This document shows, in pieces, positions 32,216 through 42,320 of a DNA stretch of 64,000 nt. The notes under the pieces are model-generated. The model was not told the origin of the DNA, made no database searches, and saw nothing but the letters and a program-made list of their open reading frames with translations. The translations under genes were made by a program, and so were the position numbers. Each line of letters begins with the position of its first letter. The first letter of the stretch is position 1. Origin of the DNA: Candidatus Nomurabacteria bacterium GW2011_GWC2_42_20 (lineage in GTDB: Bacteria > Patescibacteriota > Minisyncoccia > Phycocordibacterales > UBA1550); contig LCDG01000001.1 in assembly GCA_000998425.1 (NCBI GenBank), forward strand, positions 10,558 to 74,557, written 5' to 3'.

Positions 32216-32440
32216 ATGGCAGACAAACAGTACGACACTGAACATCATCGTTGCCCAAGATCACTAGGCGGAAAATCTGTGCAGAGAAATATCTCTGTTG
32301 TTCCAGGTAACAAGCATAGAGCGTGGCACCTACTCTTTAGGAACCATCCACCTGAAATAGTTGCAAGGATAATTAACAAGGTTTGGATTGACCCAGACTA
32401 CGAAATGATTGTAGTTCGAAAACGAAAATTTCAGAAATAA
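32216..32440 (+). CDS. minimal HNH-like protein
   Basis: EHHRCPRSLGG....N......H.AWH; AAGGAG SD; downstream terminator. Confidence 0.65.
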   Translation: MADKQYDTEHHRCPRSLGGKSVQRNISVVPGNKHRAWHLLFRNHPPEIVARIINKVWIDPDYEMIVVRKRKFQK

Positions 32441-32483
32441 TGATATACATAGGTTAAACCTATGTATATCACCTGATTAAATC

Positions 32484-32516
32484 AAACGCCCAGAGTGTAA
32501 GGTCTGGGCGTTTTTT
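32484..32516 (+). terminator. intrinsic terminator
   Basis: aaacgcccaga...tctgggcgtttttt. Confidence 0.7.
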
Positions 32517-32562
32517 AATTGTATTTGCTGTGCTGACGTTAGTTGCGGTACAATAGTCGTAT

Positions 32563-33417
32563 ATGAAATTCGAAAATCCTGAATTTGCAGCACAAAGATC
32601 CCTTAATAATCCAGAATACCTTCACCCCCTCATTGCAGAGGCTGCGATAAAGGCGCGCGAGATTAAAAAAGAAGAGGCTATAGACCCAGTTTTATTTGAG
32701 GGTGTGTATGGTTCCGATGCTGTAGCTCGAGACATTGAATATGTGCGTTCAATGAAGGCAAAGTTTGGCTCCGAAGATGAGGTGCACAAAAAATATGCCG
32801 ATGTTTTTGAAGCGATATTTTACGAGAATGCCGAAATGAGCAACTGGCTTGGTGAAAACACGCACACGGTTTTAACGTCAGAATTTGATGATATTAAAAA
32901 TGGTATGGACGTATTGGTGCGTTTGAACGATGCTTTACGGTCGTTTCCATATGTTGGTATGGGGATAGACGTTACTTTTGGACGCAATAGTGTTGAAAAG
33001 AAAATAGCTCGCGTTTTTGGTGAAATTGAAAAAGGTCAGCTTGGCACAGTACGTTATTTTATGGATCCAGATTATGCGCAATTTAAAGGAGAGCTTTCTA
33101 GTATGCCACACATAATTGTGGGGGTGGAGCGCAGGCATGTAATCGAGCTTGCTGGGCAATGGCTCCGTGGAGAGAAACGCAAGCTTGGAGAAAACCCAAT
33201 TCAACTCGTTGTTCTCCAGCAGATTATGACACAATTAAAGTCATTTCGTGATCACGCAGAGGGGATTGGGCGACAGGACCTTGTTGATATTTATAACGCG
33301 GATATTTCAGTATTTGCTCCAGTCCTCCGCGATAAACGCAATATGGACATCAGTGATTATGAAGATGACCCTGTAATAAAAGAGCTTTATCGCGCATTAG
33401 AAGCTAGGAAGAAATAA
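32563..33417 (+). CDS. hypothetical protein, possible PD-(D/E)XK-like fold
   Basis: 284 aa; E..FDD..NG.D...GIDVT acidic pattern. Confidence 0.7.
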   Translation: MKFENPEFAAQRSLNNPEYLHPLIAEAAIKAREIKKEEAIDPVLFEGVYGSDAVARDIEYVRSMKAKFGSEDEVHKKYADVFEAIFYENAEMSNWLGENTHTVLTSEFDDIKNGMDVLVRLNDALRSFPYVGMGIDVTFGRNSVEKKIARVFGEIEKGQLGTVRYFMDPDYAQFKGELSSMPHIIVGVERRHVIELAGQWLRGEKRKLGENPIQLVVLQQIMTQLKSFRDHAEGIGRQDLVDIYNADISVFAPVLRDKRNMDISDYEDDPVIKELYRALEARKK

Positions 33418-33488
33418 CTGTAGACAACAGAATGCTTTAGGGTAAAATTATAACAGGTCGAAGAATATATAATTAATTATTAAATATT

Positions 33489-33764
33489 ATGGAACTCAAA
33501 AAACATCAGTTTTCGTTGGCCGTTTCTGTTACGTTTGGGGTCGTGTATGTTATTTGCGCTGGTTTTACGGCTTTGTGGCCAGATTTTGCTATGAGGCTTT
33601 TAGGTTGGATGGCGCACATTGTAAATGTAGATAAGTTTGTCGGTGGTGTTGAGGTTACTCTTGCAGGAGTGACTATTGGTCTCCTTGAGATTGTAGTATA
33701 TGGATATGGCACGGCGTATCTGTTTGCATATTTCTATAATCGTTTTACTGCTCCGAGTGTTTAG
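33489..33764 (+). CDS. DUF5676-like small membrane protein
   Basis: YVIC...H...F..FYN; precedes the Cu ATPase. Confidence 0.7.
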   Translation: MELKKHQFSLAVSVTFGVVYVICAGFTALWPDFAMRLLGWMAHIVNVDKFVGGVEVTLAGVTIGLLEIVVYGYGTAYLFAYFYNRFTAPSV

Positions 33765-33780
33765 GATTAAATTGATTACA

Positions 33781-33821
33781 GCTGAACCAAAAACTGCCGT
33801 GACGGCAGTTTTTGGTTCAGC
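33781..33821. repeat. perfect 20-bp inverted repeat, 1-nt loop
   Basis: gctgaaccaaaaactgccgt-g-acggcagtttttggttcagc. Confidence 0.9.
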
Positions 33822-33848
33822 GACAATTATTTGTGTTATTATATTTGC

Positions 33849-36026
33849 ATGAAAGAAACACTCTACACGTGTCCGATGCATTCGAACATTGTGCGCACAG
33901 AGCCTGGTATGTGTCCAGAGTGTGGGATGAGCCTCGTGCCAGCGCGAGCGTGGAAGGACGCGGATGATACGCGGACAGTCGCTGAAGGCAATCCGCATAG
34001 TCCTGATTCTATTCCGCATAAGCATGCGTCAAGTCCGCATAGTTCCGCATTTACTAAGCATGAGGGGCATCATACTGCAGAATTTTTGAAAAAGTTTTGG
34101 ATAGTGCTTGCGCTAACGATCCCAATTCTCGTTTACTCTGAAATTTTTGCGCGCGCATTCACGTGGACCCCACCTCAGTTTATTGGTGTGCAATACGCAA
34201 TACTCGCACTCGGTTCGACAGTGTTTTTTTACGGCGGTTTGGTTTTTTTGCTTGGTGCGTACCGTGAACTTCGCGCGGGTCTTCCAGGAATGATGACGCT
34301 CATCGCGCTTGCGATTACGGCGGCATATTCGTTCAGTATTTTTTCTGTTTTGACTGGTAGCGAACATACGCTTTTCTGGGAACTCTCTACGCTTATCGCC
34401 GTGATGCTTCTGGGTCACTGGATAGAGATGAAGGCGGTACAGGGAGCGCAGGGAGCGCTCAAGGAACTCGCAAAACTTTTACCAGATACAGCCGAGGTGT
34501 TGCGTGACGGCTCTACAGAAACTGTTTCCATTTCAGAACTCCGCGTAGGCGACCGAGTGCTCGTGCGCCCTGGCGCAAAAGTGCCAGCTGACGGTGTCGT
34601 TGTGGAGGGTCGCTCTGAGCTTGATGAATCCATTATCACTGGTGAATCAAAGCTTATCTCAAAAGAAATCGATTCCGAGGTAATCGCTGGATCCATCAAT
34701 GGTGACGGCAGCCTCACAATAGAAGTGAAGAAAATCGGCGAGGGAACATTTCTTGCTGGTGTGATGCGCTTGGTGGCGGATGCGCAAGCGAGCAAGTCAC
34801 GTCTGCAGATTCTTTCCGACCGTGCAGCGCTTTATTTGACTGTCATAGCTGTTGTGGCTGGCACGGCCACATTTATCGCATGGATTTTTGCGAATGCCGG
34901 AGTTGTATTTGCAACTGAACGCCTTGTCGCGGTCCTCGTGATTACTTGCCCGCATGCGTTAGGTCTCGCTGTACCGTTGGTCGCGTCAATATCCACCACT
35001 ATGGCCGCACGCAATGGGTTCCTTGTGCGACAGCGTATTGCTCTTGAGTCAGCGCGAGCTATAGATATTGTGCTTTTTGATAAAACGGGGACGCTTACGC
35101 AAGGAGCTTTTGGCGTACATGCAATTATTCCTACTGGTTCGTTTAATGATATTGATGTGCTTAAAAAAGGCGCTGAGCTTGACCAGGGGTCCGAACATCC
35201 TCTAGCAAAGGCAATAGTTGTGGAGGCGCGCAGGCGAGGAGTTGTGCTAGAATCGATGAATAATTTTGAGCGTGTTGCGGGCAAAGGTGCGCGTGGAGAT
35301 GTGGGCGGAGAGACAGTGCTCATAGGAAATGAGTCGTTTATGAACGAGGTGGCAATTGTTGTCGCAGAAGAGTTCCTGCTAAAGACTCGCGCGCTTGAAA
35401 GCGAAGGTAAAACTGTTATTTTTGTAGCATCGCAGGGGCACCTTGTTGGTGCCATCGCTCTCGCAGATATTATCCGACAGGAATCTCGTGAGGCAATACA
35501 ATCGCTCCGTAAGCTTGGCATTCGCACCGCTATGATCACCGGAGACTCGCCTGATACAGCAAAATGGGTTGCGCGCGAGCTCGGTATAGACGAATATTTT
35601 GCACGCGTGCTTCCAGGGGAAAAGTCCGAGAAGGTAAAAATACTACAAGCACAGGGGCATAAAGTTGCGATGGTGGGGGACGGGGTCAATGACGCGCCAG
35701 CGCTCACTCAGGCCGATCTCGGTATTGCCATTGGCGCTGGCACTAACGTCGCTATTGAGTCAGCTGGCATTATTTTAGTACGTAATGACCCTCGCGATAT
35801 TCCAAAAATCATTCGCCTCTCACAGCTCACTTACACAAAGATGATTCAGAATCTTTTCTGGGCGACAGGGTACAATCTCATCGCGCTCCCTCTGGCGGCA
35901 GGTGTACTCGCGTACAAGGGTGTTATTTTGCAACCTGCAGTCGCAGCAGTTTTTATGAGCGCGTCTACCGTCATTGTGGCGATAAACGCACTATTGCTCA
36001 GAAGGAATAATTTGAGTACCATATAA
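33849..36026 (+). CDS. copB: copper-exporting P1B-type ATPase (CPH motif, CopB-like)
   Basis: YTCPMH..CPECGM, TGES, CPHALG, DKTGT, SEHP, GDGVND, YN, MS.S. Confidence 0.9.
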   Translation: MKETLYTCPMHSNIVRTEPGMCPECGMSLVPARAWKDADDTRTVAEGNPHSPDSIPHKHASSPHSSAFTKHEGHHTAEFLKKFWIVLALTIPILVYSEIFARAFTWTPPQFIGVQYAILALGSTVFFYGGLVFLLGAYRELRAGLPGMMTLIALAITAAYSFSIFSVLTGSEHTLFWELSTLIAVMLLGHWIEMKAVQGAQGALKELAKLLPDTAEVLRDGSTETVSISELRVGDRVLVRPGAKVPADGVVVEGRSELDESIITGESKLISKEIDSEVIAGSINGDGSLTIEVKKIGEGTFLAGVMRLVADAQASKSRLQILSDRAALYLTVIAVVAGTATFIAWIFANAGVVFATERLVAVLVITCPHALGLAVPLVASISTTMAARNGFLVRQRIALESARAIDIVLFDKTGTLTQGAFGVHAIIPTGSFNDIDVLKKGAELDQGSEHPLAKAIVVEARRRGVVLESMNNFERVAGKGARGDVGGETVLIGNESFMNEVAIVVAEEFLLKTRALESEGKTVIFVASQGHLVGAIALADIIRQESREAIQSLRKLGIRTAMITGDSPDTAKWVARELGIDEYFARVLPGEKSEKVKILQAQGHKVAMVGDGVNDAPALTQADLGIAIGAGTNVAIESAGIILVRNDPRDIPKIIRLSQLTYTKMIQNLFWATGYNLIALPLAAGVLAYKGVILQPAVAAVFMSASTVIVAINALLLRRNNLSTI

Positions 36027-36031
36027 GGACT

Positions 36032-36415
36032 ATGGAATTTGATTACACAAAAATCACAACGAAAAGTTTTAACGATGCCGTTCAAGCTGTGCAGGATGAG
36101 ATTGCAAAAGCAGGTATGCGGGTTTTGTATGTTCATGATGTGCAACAATCACTCATTGAAAAGGGGTTCACGCGAGACTCATTCAAAATTGTTGAATTCT
36201 GCAACGCTAAATACGCGAATGATTTTTTGAATGCGGATATTAAAATAGGACTTTGTATGCCGTGCAAAATAAATGTGTACGTCAAAGATGGTCAAACGCA
36301 TATCTCTGGCATGCGACCAATCATTCTCTCACAATTTTTCACGAATGCGGACTTGGGTGACAAGCCAAAAGAAGTTGATCAAATTATTCAAAATATAATC
36401 AATAACACAAAGTGA
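36032..36415 (+). CDS. DUF302 family protein
   Basis: EFCN...IGLCMPCKI.VY. Confidence 0.85.
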   Translation: MEFDYTKITTKSFNDAVQAVQDEIAKAGMRVLYVHDVQQSLIEKGFTRDSFKIVEFCNAKYANDFLNADIKIGLCMPCKINVYVKDGQTHISGMRPIILSQFFTNADLGDKPKEVDQIIQNIINNTK

Positions 36416-36477
36416 GGCTATTAAGGAATCCTGTTATTTGCCACTGGAACCAGTAGGGATATCGGGATACAAATAAC

Positions 36478-37185
36478 ATGAACTCAATACACGAACCGCA
36501 ACTCGCTTGGCTAATATGGAGCTTGATACTCGTTGCAGTTTGGTTTTTTGTTTACGTACTCTTAAAAAACAAAGATAGCAAGAGAAAGATGATCATTGTG
36601 AGTCTCTGGACATCGCTTTTTGGAATTACAGAACCGATTTTTGTTCCCGAATATTGGAACCCTCCATCACTTTTTGACTTGGCGCATCAGACTGGTTTTG
36701 ATATAGAGAGCTTTATATTCTCATTTGCTATCGGTGGCATCGTTGTTGTAATATACGAGCGCATTTTTCACAGACAGCACAAGCAAATGACGCCACATGA
36801 GCAACATCTTGCACGCCACCAATATCATCTAATATCGCTTCTGTCTGCGCCCGCGACATTCCTAATACTTCTTGTTGCTTCTCCGCTTAATCCAATCTAT
36901 TCTGCTATCATTGCAATGACTGTTGGTGGGTTTGCGACTTGGTATTGTCGACCTGACTTAAAAAAGAAGATGCTTATGAGCGCTACCTTGTTTTTAGGTA
37001 TATATTTTGTGTATTTTATTACGCTCATCGCTTTGTATCCTGGCTATGTAGAGCAAGTCTGGAATCTTTCAGCAATTTCTGGGATTCTAATATTAGGTGT
37101 TCCTGCGGAAGAGCTCCTTTTTGCGTTCAGCTTTGGTTTCATTTGGTCGAGCATATACGAGCATATCACATGGACTAAGGTATAA
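36478..37185 (+). CDS. membrane protein, lycopene-cyclase-domain-like
   Basis: PEYWNP, DIES, G.PAEELLF. Confidence 0.65.
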   Translation: MNSIHEPQLAWLIWSLILVAVWFFVYVLLKNKDSKRKMIIVSLWTSLFGITEPIFVPEYWNPPSLFDLAHQTGFDIESFIFSFAIGGIVVVIYERIFHRQHKQMTPHEQHLARHQYHLISLLSAPATFLILLVASPLNPIYSAIIAMTVGGFATWYCRPDLKKKMLMSATLFLGIYFVYFITLIALYPGYVEQVWNLSAISGILILGVPAEELLFAFSFGFIWSSIYEHITWTKV

Positions 37186-37193
37186 TATAAGTT

Positions 37194-37835
37194 ATGTGTT
37201 TTTCAGTAACAGCAAGCTTTGTGGCAGGGACAGCATTATCAGCTGTAGGAGTTGTAACAATTAAGAAAGCGAAAGCTAAGAAGGAACTTTCGTTTGCTTC
37301 AATTCCGCTTTTGTTTGGAGTACAGCAGTTTGTTGAAGGAGCTGTGTGGCTTTCATTTCAATACAGCGCGCAAATTTTTAATCAGATTGCAACCTATGCG
37401 TACCTTGGTTTTGCGTACGTGCTGTGGCCAATATTTGTGCCACTATCCGTTGGTCTTTTGGAAACCGATTCTCGCCGCAAAAAAATATTGTACTCATTTC
37501 AATTTGTCGGACTCGCAGTGGGTTCGTATCTCTTCTACTTTATAGTTAGCAATCCAGTCGCTTCTCAAATAGTGAACAAGAGTATCGTTTACTCAATGCC
37601 AGGGAAATACGGTGTTCTTTTGGTTGGGATGTACTTGCTCGCAACTTGCGTCAGCTGCCTTTTTTCAAGCCACAGGATGATCAATATCCTTGGAGTTTTA
37701 ATTGCTGTATCTTTTGCAATTACATACCGTTTTTACACGGTTTCATACGTGTCTGTGTGGTGTTTTTTTGCGGCTGTTTTAAGTATTGCGGTGTACTTGT
37801 ATTTCAGGGAACGTGATGGTACCATTGCTGTATGA
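37194..37835 (+). CDS. DUF6629-like membrane protein
   Basis: MCFS.TASF, QQF.EG.VW, SVWCFFAA. Confidence 0.75.
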   Translation: MCFSVTASFVAGTALSAVGVVTIKKAKAKKELSFASIPLLFGVQQFVEGAVWLSFQYSAQIFNQIATYAYLGFAYVLWPIFVPLSVGLLETDSRRKKILYSFQFVGLAVGSYLFYFIVSNPVASQIVNKSIVYSMPGKYGVLLVGMYLLATCVSCLFSSHRMINILGVLIAVSFAITYRFYTVSYVSVWCFFAAVLSIAVYLYFRERDGTIAV

Positions 37836-38239
37836 AAAGGTTTCTAGCATCAATAGTTATAACAGCCTTCGTTATTGGGGCTTTTTTCAGTATTTTTGCG
37901 ATGTACCATAATCAGGGCTTATTGATGAACAGCGATTGCCCAACGTCACCGCTACATGCCGAGGTTTGCCCAACAGGCGATTTGTCTGTTGCGTCTCACT
38001 ATATTTCGATGTATCAGGCTCTTACAAACAGTCTTGTTTCTTCTATGGTAACGCAAGTGTTAATAATCGCTCTACTTTTTGTCGCGGTGCCATACGTGTT
38101 CCGCAAATATATTGCATTGATACGTCGTCTGCTTGTCTCGCTATTTATTTTATCTCGTGATTTTATCGCGAAATTATACAGGCCACAGGCGCTTACTCGC
38201 TGGCTTTCGCTATTAGTAAACAGCCCATCAATAATCTAG
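37832..38239 (+). CDS. small membrane protein with Cys/His/Met cluster
   Basis: MYH..M..DCP...H.EVCP...H. Confidence 0.65.
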   Translation: MKRFLASIVITAFVIGAFFSIFAMYHNQGLLMNSDCPTSPLHAEVCPTGDLSVASHYISMYQALTNSLVSSMVTQVLIIALLFVAVPYVFRKYIALIRRLLVSLFILSRDFIAKLYRPQALTRWLSLLVNSPSII

Positions 38240-38267
38240 TTTTTTATCAGACTAAATTATTGAAAAA

Positions 38268-39827
38268 ATGAAAAATATAAAAATAGTTATCGCATTGGTT
38301 GCGATTGCAGGAATTGTAGCACTTATTTATTTTGGCAATCAAGGGAATGACAATATCGTTTCTGGAGACAGTAACAAGATTTATGTTGCCATTGAGGGTG
38401 CTGGGGAGATATCAGTGATAGACGCAAAAACGAACCAAGTTTTGAAAAGAATTGATTTGTCGGAAGACAAGAACGGGATGACTGTGGGCTATATGCCTCA
38501 CAATGTGCAAGTCGCTCCCGATAACAAAAGCGTATGGGTAACTGCCAATGCTGTTGAAAAAAAGGATATGAAAATGTCTTTTAGAATTATTCCAATTGCG
38601 TATGCGGACACGGGGCATGGAGATGAGGTTGCGATACCCAGCGAAATTATGGATGAAGTAATCGTTATTGACCCATTCTCAGATGTAATTGTAAAAAGAA
38701 TTGAGCTCGGGCAAGGTTTACACCTTTCGCATGTTTCTCTAACGCCGGATAGTGCGTATGCGGTCGTTGCTTCTCAGGAAAAGGGGATTGTGTACAAAAT
38801 AAATACTTCTTCATTTGAGGTAGAAAAGGAAGTAACCACAAAAAAAGGTGGAGAACCTCACGGGCTTCGTATTTCTCCTGATGGTAAAACAGCATACATT
38901 GCGATGCTTGGTGGGAAAAGTATGGGGGTCCTTGATATTGCAAGCTTCATAATGAAGTATATACCTCTTCGTGGTAGAGCCGTGCAGACTGGCGTAACAC
39001 CAGATGGTAAATACGCGCTTGCTTCCGTGTATGACGCAAAAACTTTGGCAGTCTATGATACAGCTTCCTCAGAATTGAGCTACATTGATTTGCCAAAAGA
39101 GGCGAAGGGTCCGGTGCAGATCTATCCAACACCCGATTCTCGTTTTGTGTATGTTGCCGACCAAGGTCTTTACTTTGATCAGCCAGTCAGTAACAATGTG
39201 TATAAAATTGACCTAATAGAAATGAAAGTAACAGAGACAATTCTTGCCGGTTCGGCTCCACATGGGGTTGTCGTTTCTAAGGACGGAAAGTTTGTGTATG
39301 TTGCTAACCTAAAGAGCGATGACGTATCGGTAATAGACACCACTGTAGAAAAGGAAATCGCAAAGATAAATGTAGGTAAGTCACCAAACGGAATTAGTAT
39401 ATGGTATGGCGATCCATCAATTGCTGGCAAGGGAAATTATAGCGAACTAGTGGCTACCGAAAAATTCTTTGATTTTGGTGTAATCTCGATGGCGAAAGGA
39501 AAGGTCAGCCACTCGTTTGTGGTGAAAAATACTGGAAGCACACCATTAAAAATTGGGAAAGTATACACTTCATGCATGTGTACAGAAGCGACTATTGTGA
39601 GTGGGTTGTCACGTAATGGGCCGTTTGGAATGCCAGGACATGGAGGAAAGTCTCTCGCTGTCGAGACTGTAAAAGCTGGTCAAGAAATAACCATTGAAGT
39701 ATCAGTAGACCCAGCAGCTCATGGTCCTCAGGGCACGGGTCCGGCAAAAAAGGTTGTCTATATAGAGACCAATTCTGCAATCAACCCAACATTAAAATTA
39801 GAGCTTGATATAAACGTAATCCCGTAA
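38268..39827 (+). CDS. YncE/YVTN beta-propeller + DUF1573-like Ig domain
   Basis: PHNV, PHG..SPDGK repeats; TSCMCT, GMPGH, DPAAH. Confidence 0.8.
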   Translation: MKNIKIVIALVAIAGIVALIYFGNQGNDNIVSGDSNKIYVAIEGAGEISVIDAKTNQVLKRIDLSEDKNGMTVGYMPHNVQVAPDNKSVWVTANAVEKKDMKMSFRIIPIAYADTGHGDEVAIPSEIMDEVIVIDPFSDVIVKRIELGQGLHLSHVSLTPDSAYAVVASQEKGIVYKINTSSFEVEKEVTTKKGGEPHGLRISPDGKTAYIAMLGGKSMGVLDIASFIMKYIPLRGRAVQTGVTPDGKYALASVYDAKTLAVYDTASSELSYIDLPKEAKGPVQIYPTPDSRFVYVADQGLYFDQPVSNNVYKIDLIEMKVTETILAGSAPHGVVVSKDGKFVYVANLKSDDVSVIDTTVEKEIAKINVGKSPNGISIWYGDPSIAGKGNYSELVATEKFFDFGVISMAKGKVSHSFVVKNTGSTPLKIGKVYTSCMCTEATIVSGLSRNGPFGMPGHGGKSLAVETVKAGQEITIEVSVDPAAHGPQGTGPAKKVVYIETNSAINPTLKLELDINVIP

Positions 39828-39834
39828 ATAAATT

Positions 39835-40779
39835 ATGGAAAATGAAACACAAAATAAAATAGCAGAAAATTCTTCTCAAACTAGACTTGGGAAAAAGTAT
39901 ACATCAATTGCTGCTTTTGCGATTGCTTCAGTAATTTTTGTGGGGGGGATGTATGCTGGTGGAATTGGAGATATAGCTAGCATTAATGAGGAGTCTGCCC
40001 CCATTGTAGCGGAATCACAAACGCAGGTTTCAGAAGAAACAGTGCTTCCGCATGGGGGAGTTGAGTTGCAAGTAGTGTGGGGCAATTTGGGTTCAAAACT
40101 TGTTGATGCCGGAGCGATAGACACTGACAAATTCAAAGCGATATACGAGCAGAGAGGGGTATTCACAGATGAATATGAAACTCTGCTTTTTGGGCAAAGC
40201 AATGGTAATCTTAAAATAACGAAAGACAACGCTGGATATCTCCTTAATCTATTTTGGGCGCTTGGTCTTGCAAGCAAGAATCCCATTTTAGATTCTGGTG
40301 AAATGGCGGATATTGCGTATGGTGGAGCTGGAAATTTTGCCTCAACGGGCGGATGGACGCTCTCAAAAGGGAACGCGATGGGGCACTACAGCAAGCATTC
40401 GTTCTTCGAGTTAACAACAGAGCAACAAGCGCTTGTAGACAAAGTGTCTAGAGGGATATACAGACCATGTTGTGGTAACTCTACGCACTTTCCTGATTGC
40501 AATCATGGCATGGCAATGCTCGGGCTACTGGAACTAATGGCTTCACAAGGGGCGAGCGAACAGGAGATGTGGAATACCGCATTGATAATCAATTCTTACT
40601 GGTTTCCCGATACGTACATCACCATCGCAACGTACATGAAAAGTAAAGGGATTGAATGGAAGCACGTGTCGCCACAGGAAGTGCTTGGTATCAACTATTC
40701 AAGCGCGTCTGGGTACGCGCAAGTTGCTTCAAAGGTCACAATGCCTAAACAGCAAAGCGGAGGGAGTTGCGGAGCTTGA
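39835..40779 (+). CDS. membrane-anchored Cys/His-motif hypothetical protein
   Basis: RPCCGNSTHFPDCNHG; C-terminal GGSCGA. Confidence 0.75.
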   Translation: MENETQNKIAENSSQTRLGKKYTSIAAFAIASVIFVGGMYAGGIGDIASINEESAPIVAESQTQVSEETVLPHGGVELQVVWGNLGSKLVDAGAIDTDKFKAIYEQRGVFTDEYETLLFGQSNGNLKITKDNAGYLLNLFWALGLASKNPILDSGEMADIAYGGAGNFASTGGWTLSKGNAMGHYSKHSFFELTTEQQALVDKVSRGIYRPCCGNSTHFPDCNHGMAMLGLLELMASQGASEQEMWNTALIINSYWFPDTYITIATYMKSKGIEWKHVSPQEVLGINYSSASGYAQVASKVTMPKQQSGGSCGA

Positions 40780-40795
40780 TGCAGTTTTATGAGCT

Positions 40796-40829
40796 AAAAA
40801 ATACCGCCATCCGTGCGGTATTTTTTTTT
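40796..40829. terminator. bidirectional terminator
   Basis: aaaaaataccgc...gcggtattttttttt between convergent genes. Confidence 0.7.
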
Positions 40830-40903
40830 GCTGGGACGATTTTGACTAGGCAGTAATAAGCGACTGTGTGAACTATGCCAAATGACGTGTCGTCGTACGT
40901 ATC

Positions 40904-41332
40904 TTACAATGAGCCAAGAATATAGTATGCAAGCTCTGCCTGGACTCCTGCATTACTGTGTTTACGCTCTCTGTTGAAAGGTATCGTTGCGTCACCACCG
41001 CACCTATTAATTATTTCGCTTTGCCCACCTGGATGCATAGGGATGTACGAGGTAAGGTCATATACTTTTTCGTTAATGATTACCCAGCAATCACTTTCTG
41101 AGGAATGCTTCGCTACTTCTGTTGTTGTGAATTTTTTTTCAGAAACTGGTTTTGAAGGTTCTGTAACAATTTGTTGGCTTGGTTTCTCTGTAATCACAAC
41201 TGGTTCTGTGGCTATTGATTTTGTCGTGTAAATAACAGTTTTTTCATCTGTCGAGTCAAATATGTTTGTTGTGAAGGCGATTATGGTTGTCGTTATAACT
41301 GCAAACAAAGCAATCAAGGTAATTTTTTTCAT
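40904..41332 (-). CDS. cytochrome b5-like heme-binding protein
   Basis: EVAKH...DCWV.I..KVYDLT.Y...HPGG...CG.DAT...H. Confidence 0.9.
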   Translation of the reverse strand: MKKITLIALFAVITTTIIAFTTNIFDSTDEKTVIYTTKSIATEPVVITEKPSQQIVTEPSKPVSEKKFTTTEVAKHSSESDCWVIINEKVYDLTSYIPMHPGGQSEIINRCGGDATIPFNRERKHSNAGVQAELAYYILGSL

Positions 41333-41444
41333 TTTTTGATTGTATCAATAATTTATGTTGGATTGCAAATTTTTCAATATTTTACATTTTTAAAATGGTG
41401 TATAATACAACTATTAGCAAATGGTTCTAAATTAATACAAAATT

Positions 41445-42206
41445 ATGTTCAATTTACAAGGAAAAGTAGCTCTTGTAACCGGTGCGAGACGAGGGATGGG
41501 ACGCACGCATGCGCTTTCGCTTGCGGGGCAGGGAGCAAAAGTTGTTATTACTGATATTGATTTAGCTCAATGCGAACTTGTCGCTGATGAGGTGCGCGCA
41601 AATGGTGGCGATGTGATTTGCTTCAAAATGGATGTTTCTAATAAGGCAGATGTGGAGAGCGTATTTGACCAAGTGATTGCGAAATACGGGAAACTAGATA
41701 TTTTTGTAAATAATGCCGGCATTTATCAGTCGAAGCCTTTTTTGGAAATGACAGAGGAAGACTGGGACAGAACTATTGATATAAATTTGAAAGGGTATTT
41801 CCATTGCGCTCAGCGTGCAGCAAAAGAAATGGCGAAAAATAATTGGGGAAGAATTGTAAATATTGCATCTATTGCCTCAGGAGGAGTAGGCGTAGGTATC
41901 GCGGGTGGAGCTCACTACACGGCTTCAAAGGGAGGCATTATTGGTTTGACTGAAACACTTGCTATTGAGCTAGCGCCTCTTGGCATAAATGTAAATGCAA
42001 TCGGGCCGGGAGCTATTGATACACCAATGGTGCAGGCGGCAAGTCTACCAAAGGAAATTATGGATGCAATGCTCGCTGGAGTGCCTCTCAAACGAATGGG
42101 TCGCCCAGAAGAAGTTTCTGCTGCAGTCGTATTCCTAGCATCTGAGGAAGCAAGCTATGTTACTGGCGCGACGCTCTATGTAGATGGTGGCTGGCTCGCA
42201 GCATAA
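41445..42206 (+). CDS. short-chain dehydrogenase/reductase (FabG-like)
   Basis: TGARRGMG, NNAG, YTASK. Confidence 0.93.
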   Translation: MFNLQGKVALVTGARRGMGRTHALSLAGQGAKVVITDIDLAQCELVADEVRANGGDVICFKMDVSNKADVESVFDQVIAKYGKLDIFVNNAGIYQSKPFLEMTEEDWDRTIDINLKGYFHCAQRAAKEMAKNNWGRIVNIASIASGGVGVGIAGGAHYTASKGGIIGLTETLAIELAPLGINVNAIGPGAIDTPMVQAASLPKEIMDAMLAGVPLKRMGRPEEVSAAVVFLASEEASYVTGATLYVDGGWLAA

Positions 42207-42320
42207 GCTACATAAATCTAATCTGTGTTGGGTTATAATAAGAAGACTCTTTTACTCTGGGCAAATGAATGTTTTTCTCTACTTTTTCATTTTGAAGTGC
42301 CGATGTGATATATTAATCTT

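Noticed and set aside
34832-35707. Long antisense ORFs (also 5944-6600 and 51541-52104)
   Set aside because: Shadows of well-supported plus-strand genes with no motifs of their own.
40883-40908. Third ECF-like motif on the minus strand (TGTAAG-15-CGTC)
   Set aside because: The spacer is 15 nt, it overlaps a stop codon, and no gene follows on that strand.
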